From NCBI GenBank assembly GCA_048882485.1, contig JBHLRP010000018.1, positions 49,217 through 59,718 of the forward strand: a stretch of 10,502 bases of DNA, in the 5' to 3' direction. A program made the position numbers and the translations under genes. This DNA is from Candidatus Thorarchaeota archaeon. Its GTDB lineage: Archaea > Asgardarchaeota > Thorarchaeia > Thorarchaeales > Thorarchaeaceae. Under the pieces are notes generated by a model that made no database searches, was not told the DNA's origin, and saw nothing but the letters and a program-made list of their open reading frames with translations. Positions 1 to 6,978 of this stretch are shown here, piece after piece; the stretch's first letter is position 1; the number at the start of each line of letters is the position of its first letter.

Positions 1-510
1 TCAACCATCCTTATTGTAATGATAGGAGTATCACGGGTCTATCTAGGAGTTCATTTCCTTGGCGATGTTCTAGTTGGATGGGCGATTGGCATTGCAATTG
101 GATTGGGGGCATTTTACTTTGAAAAGCAAATCTCCGACTTTGCATCTAGGATAAAGAGTGTTTACTGGTATCTGCTTTTCTTCATAATTGGCTTGATTCT
201 AGTGGTAGTGAGTTCAATTCTCCCGTATCCACCTGGAGATAATTTTGGTGCATATGGGGGATTAACCATGGGAGCAGCTATTGCATTCCCATTAGAGAAC
301 CGGTATGTCAAGTTTGAGCTGGGGCAAATCAGAACACCAAGACTTATCGCTCGAGGAATCGTAGGTCTCTTGTTGGTCTTGGGAGTAATGCTTGGACTGT
401 CTCAAATCCTACCAACCTCTGAAATCTGGCTCAGAACTCTTCGATATTTCGCCGTTGCGTTTGTCGGGATATTCCTGTGGCCTCTAATCTTCGAGAAGAT
501 TGGACTCTGA
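1..510 (+). CDS. PAP2/type 2 phosphatidic acid phosphatase family membrane protein, C-terminal part (5'-truncated by window edge)
   Basis: Frame 1 is open from base 1 (STILIVMIGV...). It contains PAP2 motif C3 SRxxxxxHxxxD (SRVYLGVHFLGD) followed by several hydrophobic helices. Motifs C1 and C2 are absent, so the true start lies upstream. TGA at 508-510. Confidence 0.88.
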   Translation, partial: STILIVMIGVSRVYLGVHFLGDVLVGWAIGIAIGLGAFYFEKQISDFASRIKSVYWYLLFFIIGLILVVVSSILPYPPGDNFGAYGGLTMGAAIAFPLENRYVKFELGQIRTPRLIARGIVGLLLVLGVMLGLSQILPTSEIWLRTLRYFAVAFVGIFLWPLIFEKIGL

Positions 511-549
511 ATGCTTCAAGGGACAGGTCGGTTTTTGAGAGGTCGAAGG

Positions 550-1539
550 TCAACTTATCCTACGATATTCTTTTGTTACCAGGTTCCAGAGAAGGTCAGG
601 ATTGTCGCTGGATATCGAGGTCCCCTTGTTGGCTAAGTAGCTCCAACCAAAAAGTGAGTCCACCCCCATCTCAACGTACTCAGGAATAAGCGAGGCCACT
701 TCTTCTTCATCTCCTGCACTCAACCTAAAGAGCTGAAGCCACAACTGGCTCCTCTTCTTGTGCCTCTTTGCGGTTTCGATAGTCCTTTTGGCGGCATCCA
801 ATGCCCACTCCCGTTCCAATCCAAAGATGTGATAATATGGGTCTGTTGAGAAGACATCTACATCCTTGATGGACGCTATCTTGTCCCAGTCAGGAGTGCC
901 AAGAAACTCGAAGTCAGCGGGTATGATGCAAACACAGACATCAGTTGAAGCATTTGCCGCTTTCACAGTCTGACAGGTTTCGACCAAGAACTGATGCATA
1001 TTGTCCTCACGAAATCGTCGGATGTCATCAGTGTAATCCTTTGGCATAGGAACATCAAAGGTGTCTCTATACTTCTCCTGACAGACATCACAAACACAAG
1101 TGAACTCCTCTGTCGAGAAGGTCCAAGCGTAATGGGGCTCGTCTATGAACACTCCATCAACCTTGGAGTCACGAACAATCTTTGTGACCTCCTGTTGGAA
1201 CCATTTCCGAAATTCGGGTTGATTGATGCATGCCGCTGGCATCTTTTCCTGCGACACAGCGGCAATCTGTCTCAAGTCCGGATTTCTGTGAAGAAAGAAA
1301 GAAGGAGGCTCTCCTCCAAACACGCCACCAAAAGCCCAGAAATTGAGCCAGACGCGCAAGCCAACATCCTTTGCCTCAGAGATGATCTCGAGCATATTCG
1401 GATACCAATATTCCATGTCATTCTCTGATAATGCAATCAATACCGAATTGCAGCTGTTCGACAACATGTCCTCAAAGTCTGCTCTAGCGTGCTTGGGTTG
1501 CTTTGAATGATGCCATGCAAAGCCTCTTTCCAATGTCAT
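550..1539 (-). CDS. Glycoside hydrolase-like (beta/alpha)8 barrel protein, GH42-like catalytic domain with putative Zn site
   Basis: TIM-barrel strand pattern (NSVLIA, GLRVWLN, VDGVFIDEPHY, DVFSTDPY, LWLQ, GVDSLFGWSY). AACINQP plus CVCDVC resembles the four-Cys Zn site of GH42. ATG at 1539 is preferred over the GTGs at 1545/1542, which look like part of the RBS. No signal peptide is apparent. Confidence 0.7.
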   Translation of the reverse strand: MTLERGFAWHHSKQPKHARADFEDMLSNSCNSVLIALSENDMEYWYPNMLEIISEAKDVGLRVWLNFWAFGGVFGGEPPSFFLHRNPDLRQIAAVSQEKMPAACINQPEFRKWFQQEVTKIVRDSKVDGVFIDEPHYAWTFSTEEFTCVCDVCQEKYRDTFDVPMPKDYTDDIRRFREDNMHQFLVETCQTVKAANASTDVCVCIIPADFEFLGTPDWDKIASIKDVDVFSTDPYYHIFGLEREWALDAAKRTIETAKRHKKRSQLWLQLFRLSAGDEEEVASLIPEYVEMGVDSLFGWSYLANKGTSISSDNPDLLWNLVTKEYRRIS

Positions 1540-1623
1540 CACCACTCACATCAAAGACATATCCATGATATTAGACCTCCTGCAATCTCGACAGATTCAA
1601 TAACGAGCTATTATGACGGAAGG

Positions 1624-1631
1624 GGAGGTGA
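1624..1631 (+). promoter_or_regulatory. Shine-Dalgarno site GGAGGTGA
   Basis: Exact complement of the conserved 16S rRNA 3' tail, 5 nt upstream of in-frame GTG 1637. Confidence 0.75.
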
Positions 1632-1636
1632 CAACA

Positions 1637-2350
1637 GTGTCAGAGAGATTCAGCACACCATTGAAAAGTCCATTATACCCTCCGCCCCCATATAACTACA
1701 AGAATGCGAATATCTTCCTAGCCCTATTCAATCCAACTGTGGAGTCTATTGAGAAACTGCTTCCAGAGCCACTACGTCCCTCACAGCTTCCATTGGCTGG
1801 AATAATGACCGGCCTGCAACCATGCGTTGAAACGGGAACCTTTTGGGAATCGGCACTACTTGTTCAATGCATGTTCGACAATCCTGAAACAGGTGAAGAT
1901 GAGGTTGGAGTGTATTTCGCGCATGTCTATGTTGATACAGACGTGGCACTTGCGTCAGGAAGAGAAATCTGGGGATATCCGCGAAAACTAGCAGACATTC
2001 AGATGAAGTGGAAGGGTGATACTCTAACAGCCACAACTGGCAGAAATGGCAACCGGCTGTTCTACGCCAAATGCACATTTGATGAGGACGGAGAATGGAT
2101 TGACAGCGGCCCCAATGTCAACGTCAAGATGATTCCAAGCGTGACTGGTGAAGGCTTTGATACATCATTTCTCACCGCTGCCTATCTGAAATATGATATT
2201 CACAATGGTCGCTCAGGTGACGTTGAGATTGAGATAACAAGTGGACCAGATGATGACCTGAGTATTTTGGAGATTGAAACCCCAATGATTGGACTCTACT
2301 TCGACTGCGATATTTTCCTGCCTCCAGGAAAAGTCATCACGAAACTATGA
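1637..2350 (+). CDS. Acetoacetate decarboxylase-like superfamily protein (catalytic Lys apparently replaced by Arg)
   Basis: STPLKSPLYPPPPY, LPEPL, WESALL, GREIWGYPRKLA and PNVNVKMIP follow the ADC family pattern. A perfect GGAGGTGA at 1624-1631 lies 5 nt before an in-frame GTG at 1637. ATG 1613 is the alternative start. Confidence 0.85.
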   Translation: MSERFSTPLKSPLYPPPPYNYKNANIFLALFNPTVESIEKLLPEPLRPSQLPLAGIMTGLQPCVETGTFWESALLVQCMFDNPETGEDEVGVYFAHVYVDTDVALASGREIWGYPRKLADIQMKWKGDTLTATTGRNGNRLFYAKCTFDEDGEWIDSGPNVNVKMIPSVTGEGFDTSFLTAAYLKYDIHNGRSGDVEIEITSGPDDDLSILEIETPMIGLYFDCDIFLPPGKVITKL

Positions 2351-2357
2351 CTCAAAG

Positions 2358-2966
2358 CTAATCAATCTCAACCCAACCAAAGTATGCAAGAATTGACATT
2401 AGGGCGATTACATCCCGCGCGGGTAGCTGAGTCATGTCAATAATGTCTTGAATTGTACGCTTGCCGTTGGATGCCTGTTGGAGAATCTCAAGGCTCACGT
2501 CAACTTCTCCGACTCGCCAAGGAATTCGATCGCCCCCATCTGTTCTTCTGGGTATCGAATCAAGCCTCAGGTTCACAAGAGGAAGCTCCTTGATTATCTC
2601 AAGTGCAAAGTTCTTGAATCTTCGAATATCCCCGTCATGAGCTGCGAGAGGAGTTCTGCATTCTCTTTCAAACGAGTGGAGTATTTTGACAAGCTTGTCT
2701 CTATAGATTTCCTGATCAGGAACTGAACTCATCCCCATTAGACCAATGGAAGTTTCTCCCTTGTGGAACATGTAGATGAAGTTTGACCAGCGAATCATAC
2801 TCAAGGAATCCTCTGAGAACTGCATGATTGCCCTTAGAAGGGCTGCAAGCATGTCGTGGTTGACGTTTGTGGACCCATCATATGGAACATAGAGCAGTAG
2901 TTCCCCTCCATCAATTCCAAGGAACATTATGTGGCGGATCTTCGAAACATCAACTGACTCGGTCAC
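2358..2966 (-). CDS. Longin-domain protein with C-terminal winged helix (Asgard-type, NPRL2-like architecture)
   Basis: Residues about 10-126 show the longin order beta-beta-alpha-beta-beta-beta-alpha-alpha (HIMFLGIDGGELLLY, DMLAALLRAIMQFS, YRDKLVKILHSFE, DGDIRRFKNF). The C-terminus NGKRTIQDIIDMTQLPARDVIALMSILAYFGWVEI has a winged-helix pattern. GTG start, TAG stop. Confidence 0.72.
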   Translation of the reverse strand: MTESVDVSKIRHIMFLGIDGGELLLYVPYDGSTNVNHDMLAALLRAIMQFSEDSLSMIRWSNFIYMFHKGETSIGLMGMSSVPDQEIYRDKLVKILHSFERECRTPLAAHDGDIRRFKNFALEIIKELPLVNLRLDSIPRRTDGGDRIPWRVGEVDVSLEILQQASNGKRTIQDIIDMTQLPARDVIALMSILAYFGWVEID

Positions 2967-3014
2967 TTCGTCACATCACACTGAGTTCTAACTAGAGAAG
3001 TCCCACAACCAAAT

Positions 3015-3023
3015 GAAAAAGAA
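3015..3023 (-). terminator. Possible archaeal oligo-T terminator (TTCTTTTTC) after the ABC operon
   Basis: T-rich tract on the minus strand about 25 nt downstream of the permease stop, which is a tandem TAG TAG at 3049-3044. Confidence 0.35.
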
Positions 3024-3046
3024 TGTATTGCGGAGGTCATGCCCTA

Positions 3047-4786
3047 CTAGAGGTATTTGGTTGCCTCAACTTGAGCCAGCTTAACACCTGCACTGTGGGA
3101 ATATCGATTGAAAATGTAATAGCATACTAGAGAGAATATACCTAGAACGGCATAGGCTGACAGTGTACCAAGTAGCTCTCCATAGAGGCCTACACCGAAA
3201 GCTGCAACTCCAATTATGCTGTAGATTCCGATATAGCCTAGTAGATAGGGAACAAGCTGTGCCCTGAGCATCGACCATCCGCGGATTGGCATCTGAACTG
3301 CTGACCCCCGTTGCCGTTCAATCATACGTTGTGCTTTGAAGTCACCACCCATTGCGGCCGCATTTGCAGCGATCGAACCGGCAGCTAGACAGATGAAGAT
3401 TGATGAAATCACAATGGCAGGAAGAATAGACCATAGACCTGGAGAGATGATTAGGAGCAAGACTGACCCAGCTGTTGTTGCGCCTATCACAAATGGTACC
3501 GCACTGATTGCCTTTCCCTTTACATAGTCAGAGAAGTTTGCTGCGGCCAATTGCAGTGTCATCAGATTGTTCCCCTCATAGACCATTTCATAGCCTGCAA
3601 AGTAAACACCATACGAAACCATGAATGGAATGAGAGCAGCAAGCAGGAAATAGGGAGTGAAGACAAAGAAATCCTCACCAAGCCCAATGAATGGCAGCAC
3701 AAACCAAATCGCCATTCGCAAGGGACCTACGAGGTATTGCGCCAGTACTCTTCCCTCCCTGCGAATAGAGGAGATGTTATACCAGATTGACACACTAATT
3801 GTCTGATTGAATCTAATTCCCGGTATTGGCTGAGGATTCCAAGAAGTATGCGCCAGTGGGACTTCTTCCTTTGATGTCCTCTTTGACCCTGAGGCGAGCC
3901 AACCACTGTAATGAGCCCTCTCGCTTACGAGAGCGTTTGCATAGACCAGCTCAAAGGCAACCACAGCTATTAGCACGCCTAGTAGAATGTCCTGTAACTG
4001 AAGTGGGGCTCCAACGATTATGTTTAGAGACAAGGCGCTCACAGCATACCCTGGACTGATATCAGAAGCAAGCCCAAGGTCACGTAGTATCTGGAAGAAT
4101 CCCTCAAAGATGCCGTCGCCTCCGTTTCCTACCCATATGAAGACATAGTAAAGCGTGCTTATAAGAATGGCAAAACTAGTTCCCAAGAACCAGCCAATCT
4201 GCTTTAGAGTGCGTCTTCCAGCAAGCAAGCGTGAGAATAGAAGCCCAAGTAGACCTCCAAGTGATACTCCTAGGGTGACTAACGAGAGTAGCAATATAAT
4301 GAACACAGGGATTGAGAACGCAGCAAGCGGAGCAGGAGATAAGATACTTAGACCAATGAAGATCGGCACTCCAATGGCCATCCAGATCATTGAGTTATAG
4401 AGGATGATGACGATGGTCTTCTCAAGAAATATGGTCCGCATGGCAACGGGCATTGTGAGAAGATATTCCATTCTATCGACATTGCCTACTGTTGTTGCGG
4501 AAAAAGCAATAGAGCCAATGAATCCGAAGATGAGAATCAAATTGAATATGGTTGCTCCAAGTCCAGGGTCGGATATCACAATGTCTGCTATGATGCTCCA
4601 GCCAAACAGAGGAACTATAGTGATGATTGCCCATATTATGACAACTGCAATTACAACGAATACAATTGGGCGGAGGAACCGTCTAAATATGCTCTTCTGC
4701 TCCGTGCGTTTTCCTTTTGCACCTGAAATCCTGAATGTCTGATTCAAGTCTTGCCGCAACAGCAAAAGAATGTCTGCAAGTGTCAC
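3047..4786 (-). CDS. ABC-2-type exporter permease (large polytopic membrane subunit)
   Basis: 579 aa with more than ten hydrophobic segments. Motif MEYLLTMPVAMRTIFLEK recurs degenerately as LMTLQLAAANFSDYVKGK, indicating two ABC-2-like halves. The GTG start overlaps the ATPase TGA (GTGA, 4786-4783), suggesting translational coupling. Confidence 0.85.
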   Translation of the reverse strand: MTLADILLLLRQDLNQTFRISGAKGKRTEQKSIFRRFLRPIVFVVIAVVIIWAIITIVPLFGWSIIADIVISDPGLGATIFNLILIFGFIGSIAFSATTVGNVDRMEYLLTMPVAMRTIFLEKTIVIILYNSMIWMAIGVPIFIGLSILSPAPLAAFSIPVFIILLLSLVTLGVSLGGLLGLLFSRLLAGRRTLKQIGWFLGTSFAILISTLYYVFIWVGNGGDGIFEGFFQILRDLGLASDISPGYAVSALSLNIIVGAPLQLQDILLGVLIAVVAFELVYANALVSERAHYSGWLASGSKRTSKEEVPLAHTSWNPQPIPGIRFNQTISVSIWYNISSIRREGRVLAQYLVGPLRMAIWFVLPFIGLGEDFFVFTPYFLLAALIPFMVSYGVYFAGYEMVYEGNNLMTLQLAAANFSDYVKGKAISAVPFVIGATTAGSVLLLIISPGLWSILPAIVISSIFICLAAGSIAANAAAMGGDFKAQRMIERQRGSAVQMPIRGWSMLRAQLVPYLLGYIGIYSIIGVAAFGVGLYGELLGTLSAYAVLGIFSLVCYYIFNRYSHSAGVKLAQVEATKYL

Positions 4787-5547
4787 TGAACCCCACCCAA
4801 GTACTCTGCAATCTTCTGCATATCGGGACCACCTGTCAATGTAAGGAATATCTCTTCAAGGGTGCTCTGGCCTTTGGCCTGAATACGAAGCTGATCCATT
4901 GTGCCTTCTGCGATGAGTTTCCCTTCGTTGATGATCCCAATTCGGTCACACATTTGTTCTGCAATCTCAAGAACATGTGTGCTCATTAGAATGGTCACAC
5001 CCCTTTCTCGTAGACCATTAAGAATCTCCTTGATTGTGGCAGCACCTCTTGGATCTATACCAGCCTGCACCTCATCAAGGATGAGAACTTGAGGGCGATG
5101 AATGAGAGCCGCCACAAGTCCAATCTTTCGTGACATTCCTTTCGAGTAGGTTTCAATGAGATCATCACTAGCATCTTTGATGTCCAGCAGGGTTAGAATC
5201 TCATCTATCTCTTCCTCGCGTTCCGGACCTCTTTCTATCCTCCAGATATCACTTACATAGTTGACATACTCCCATCCTGTGAGTCTTTCTGGAAGGACCG
5301 GCTCTTCAGGAACATAGCCCATGATCCGCTTTGCTGCTACAATCTCCTTCTCAATATCATGACCCATGATTCGCGCAGTTCCGGCTGTAGGTTTCAGTAG
5401 TCCAAGGAGCATACGCATCGTTGTGGACTTCCCTGATCCATTGGGTCCGAGAAGACCATAAATTTCGCCTGTTGTAACAGTAAAGCTGAGTTCACTCACA
5501 GCTGTGAACTCGCTGAACATCTTCGTAAGCCCAATAGCCTCAATCAT
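4783..5547 (-). CDS. ABC transporter ATP-binding protein (ABC-2/DrrA-like exporter)
   Basis: Walker A GPNGSGKST, Q-loop region GYVPEE, signature YSKGM, Walker B VLILDE, D-loop AGIDP, H-loop STH. Confidence 0.96.
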   Translation of the reverse strand: MIEAIGLTKMFSEFTAVSELSFTVTTGEIYGLLGPNGSGKSTTMRMLLGLLKPTAGTARIMGHDIEKEIVAAKRIMGYVPEEPVLPERLTGWEYVNYVSDIWRIERGPEREEEIDEILTLLDIKDASDDLIETYSKGMSRKIGLVAALIHRPQVLILDEVQAGIDPRGAATIKEILNGLRERGVTILMSTHVLEIAEQMCDRIGIINEGKLIAEGTMDQLRIQAKGQSTLEEIFLTLTGGPDMQKIAEYLGGVQ

Positions 5548-5647
5548 TCACATCACTAGAAGCTCGGATACATTGAGATTTAATGGTTGGGATAAATGCT
5601 GTGTGCCACCGAAGTGGTTATTAACGTCAAGGTTTCGTTGCACTGCC
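5548..5647. promoter_or_regulatory. Divergent promoter region between the ABC operon and the lipoate ligase
   Basis: 100-bp gap between divergent starts. TATA-like TTATTAA at 5618-5624 ends 23 nt before ATG 5648, with no SD, consistent with a leaderless transcript. Minus-strand TATA candidates are TTTATC (5597-5592) and TTAAAT (5583-5578). Confidence 0.5.
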
Positions 5648-6742
5648 ATGACTCTTGAAACCTGGCGACTTCTTGATGTAGGCCCTATTGAACCCATTGA
5701 AACCCAGATTATCTATGACATGATTGCGCAGGGTATCACTGAAGGGAAGTCGGAGAACACACTCATTATCTGCTGGCCAGCAAAACCTCTGGTCAGTCTC
5801 GGTTACTTCCAGGAGATAGAAAAGGACATTGACTTAGATTTCTGTAGAGAAAACGACATCTTTGTGACACGCCGCGTGATTGGCGGAGGCGGTGTGTATT
5901 TGGATGAGGGACAGATGTTCTATCAGCTGGTCCACAGAGTGGATAGCCCTACAACTCCACGGAGTATCGATGCCTACTACAAGAAATTCCTCGAGCCCCC
6001 TGTACAGGCATACAGGAACCTCGGGATAGATGCAGAGTTTAAACCAGTAAATGACATCCAAGTAGAAGGCAGAAAGATATCTGGTAATGGCGCAGGAGAT
6101 GTCGGAGATGCAAGGATTTTGACTGGTAATCTCATTTTCACATTCAATTACGACATGATGGTCAAGGTCCTAAAGGTGCCAGACGAGAAGTTCCGTGATA
6201 AGATCGCGCAGGGGCTCCGTGCGAGACTCAGCACTATTGAGAGAGAAACAGGAAAGACCTTCGACAGAGAAGAGGTGAAGAAAGATCTGCTGAATCAATT
6301 CGAGAGGCTACTTGAAATCAAGCTTGTTCCAGGAGAGCTAACAGAGTGGGAAAAGACTCGTATGAATGAACTGAAACCGAAATATGTGTCAGATGAATGG
6401 CTCCATTGGCGTGCAGGCGGGAGGTTGGATGCGAGGACTGTCAGGATATCTGCAACTGCATCTATTGGCACTGCAAATCACAAGGCACCTGGAGGCCTCA
6501 TGAGAGTCACAGTAGAAGAAGTCGATGACAAAATCAAGGACATAGTCATTTCCGGCGATTTCTTCTTGTATCCCCATGATGCAATCGCAGACATCGAGAA
6601 GGCGCTTGTCGGTGCTAAGATAAATTCCGAAGAGATACTAAAGAGAATAAAGGAAGTCTATGAACAGCAATCACTAGAGTCACCTGGTGTAACGCCCGAG
6701 GACTTTGAAACCGCAATCAAACTGGCGCTTGAAGGGAAATAA
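5648..6742 (+). CDS. lplA: Lipoate-protein ligase A family protein with fused C-terminal (LplB-like) domain
   Basis: N-terminal WRLLD, RRVIGGGGVYLD, NDIQVEGRKISGNG (catalytic Lys), C-domain HKAPGGLMRV and ISGDFF. ATG 5648 gives 364 aa. The ORF-track extension to 5504 overlaps the divergent ATPase and is not ligase-like. Confidence 0.92.
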   Translation: MTLETWRLLDVGPIEPIETQIIYDMIAQGITEGKSENTLIICWPAKPLVSLGYFQEIEKDIDLDFCRENDIFVTRRVIGGGGVYLDEGQMFYQLVHRVDSPTTPRSIDAYYKKFLEPPVQAYRNLGIDAEFKPVNDIQVEGRKISGNGAGDVGDARILTGNLIFTFNYDMMVKVLKVPDEKFRDKIAQGLRARLSTIERETGKTFDREEVKKDLLNQFERLLEIKLVPGELTEWEKTRMNELKPKYVSDEWLHWRAGGRLDARTVRISATASIGTANHKAPGGLMRVTVEEVDDKIKDIVISGDFFLYPHDAIADIEKALVGAKINSEEILKRIKEVYEQQSLESPGVTPEDFETAIKLALEGK

Positions 6743-6756
6743 GCAGGCAGGCATGT

Positions 6757-6813
6757 TCTCCGCCGCACCCAGCATGTTGGGACCTGTTTTTGCTATCAAG
6801 GGCGCGGCGGAGA
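6757..6813. repeat. GC-rich inverted repeat / stem-loop downstream of lplA
   Basis: TCTCCGCCGC (6757-6766) and GCGGCGGAGA (6804-6813) form a perfect 10-bp inverted repeat. It extends inward past one A/C position (G-U on the minus strand) by CCC/GGG. A TTTTT tract lies in the loop. Confidence 0.8.
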
Positions 6814-6849
6814 TGATTGCATTCAGCAATACACGCAAGTGGATTTGCT

Positions 6850-6926
6850 ATCTCCTTGTACAAATTACTAAGTATTACAAGAAGATCTTGAGCAAGATTA
6901 TAGTAGGCGTGCTTTGCCTATGACTA
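6850..6926. repeat. Cluster of inverted repeats upstream of the GHMP kinase
   Basis: ATCTCCTTGTA (6850-6860)/TACAAGAAGAT (6876-6886), 10 of 11 pairs; ATCTTG-AG-CAAGAT (6885-6898); TAGGC (6904-6908)/GCCTA (6916-6920), extendable by TAG/CTA. Confidence 0.65.
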
Positions 6927-6978
6927 CATGGCATGAGAAGAAAATCCAGTGCCCTGAACATCTAGGAGACCTCGAAGA

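Noticed and set aside
525-551. Short AGGTC(G) direct repeats between the PAP2 and glycosidase stops
   Set aside because: Only 5-6 bp, irregularly spaced and in a convergent gap. Compatible with chance.
994-1428. 144-aa plus-strand ORF, and similar shadow ORFs (e.g. 1746-2078, 4404-4742, 8424-8726, 8853-9227, 9934-10245)
   Set aside because: They lie antisense to or out of frame within well-supported genes and show no protein motifs.
5504-5647. 48-codon N-terminal extension of the lipoate ligase ORF
   Set aside because: It overlaps the divergent ABC ATPase start and spans the promoter region. Family similarity begins at MTLETWRLLD (5648).
6705-6923. 72-aa ORF (or 56 aa from ATG 6753) across the structured intergenic region
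   Set aside because: No recognisable motif, weak RBS, and it overlaps lplA. The inverted repeats explain the region better. A small protein cannot be fully excluded.
6813-6957. C/D box sRNA (ATGATTG ... CTGA)
   Set aside because: The C box has two mismatches and the spacing of about 140 nt is far longer than typical archaeal C/D guides.
6743-6978. SECIS element or selenoprotein recoding
   Set aside because: Some Asgard archaea use Sec, but no CDS here has an internal in-frame TGA. The Cys-rich DUF166 uses only TGT/TGC, and the TGA stops fall at natural domain ends.
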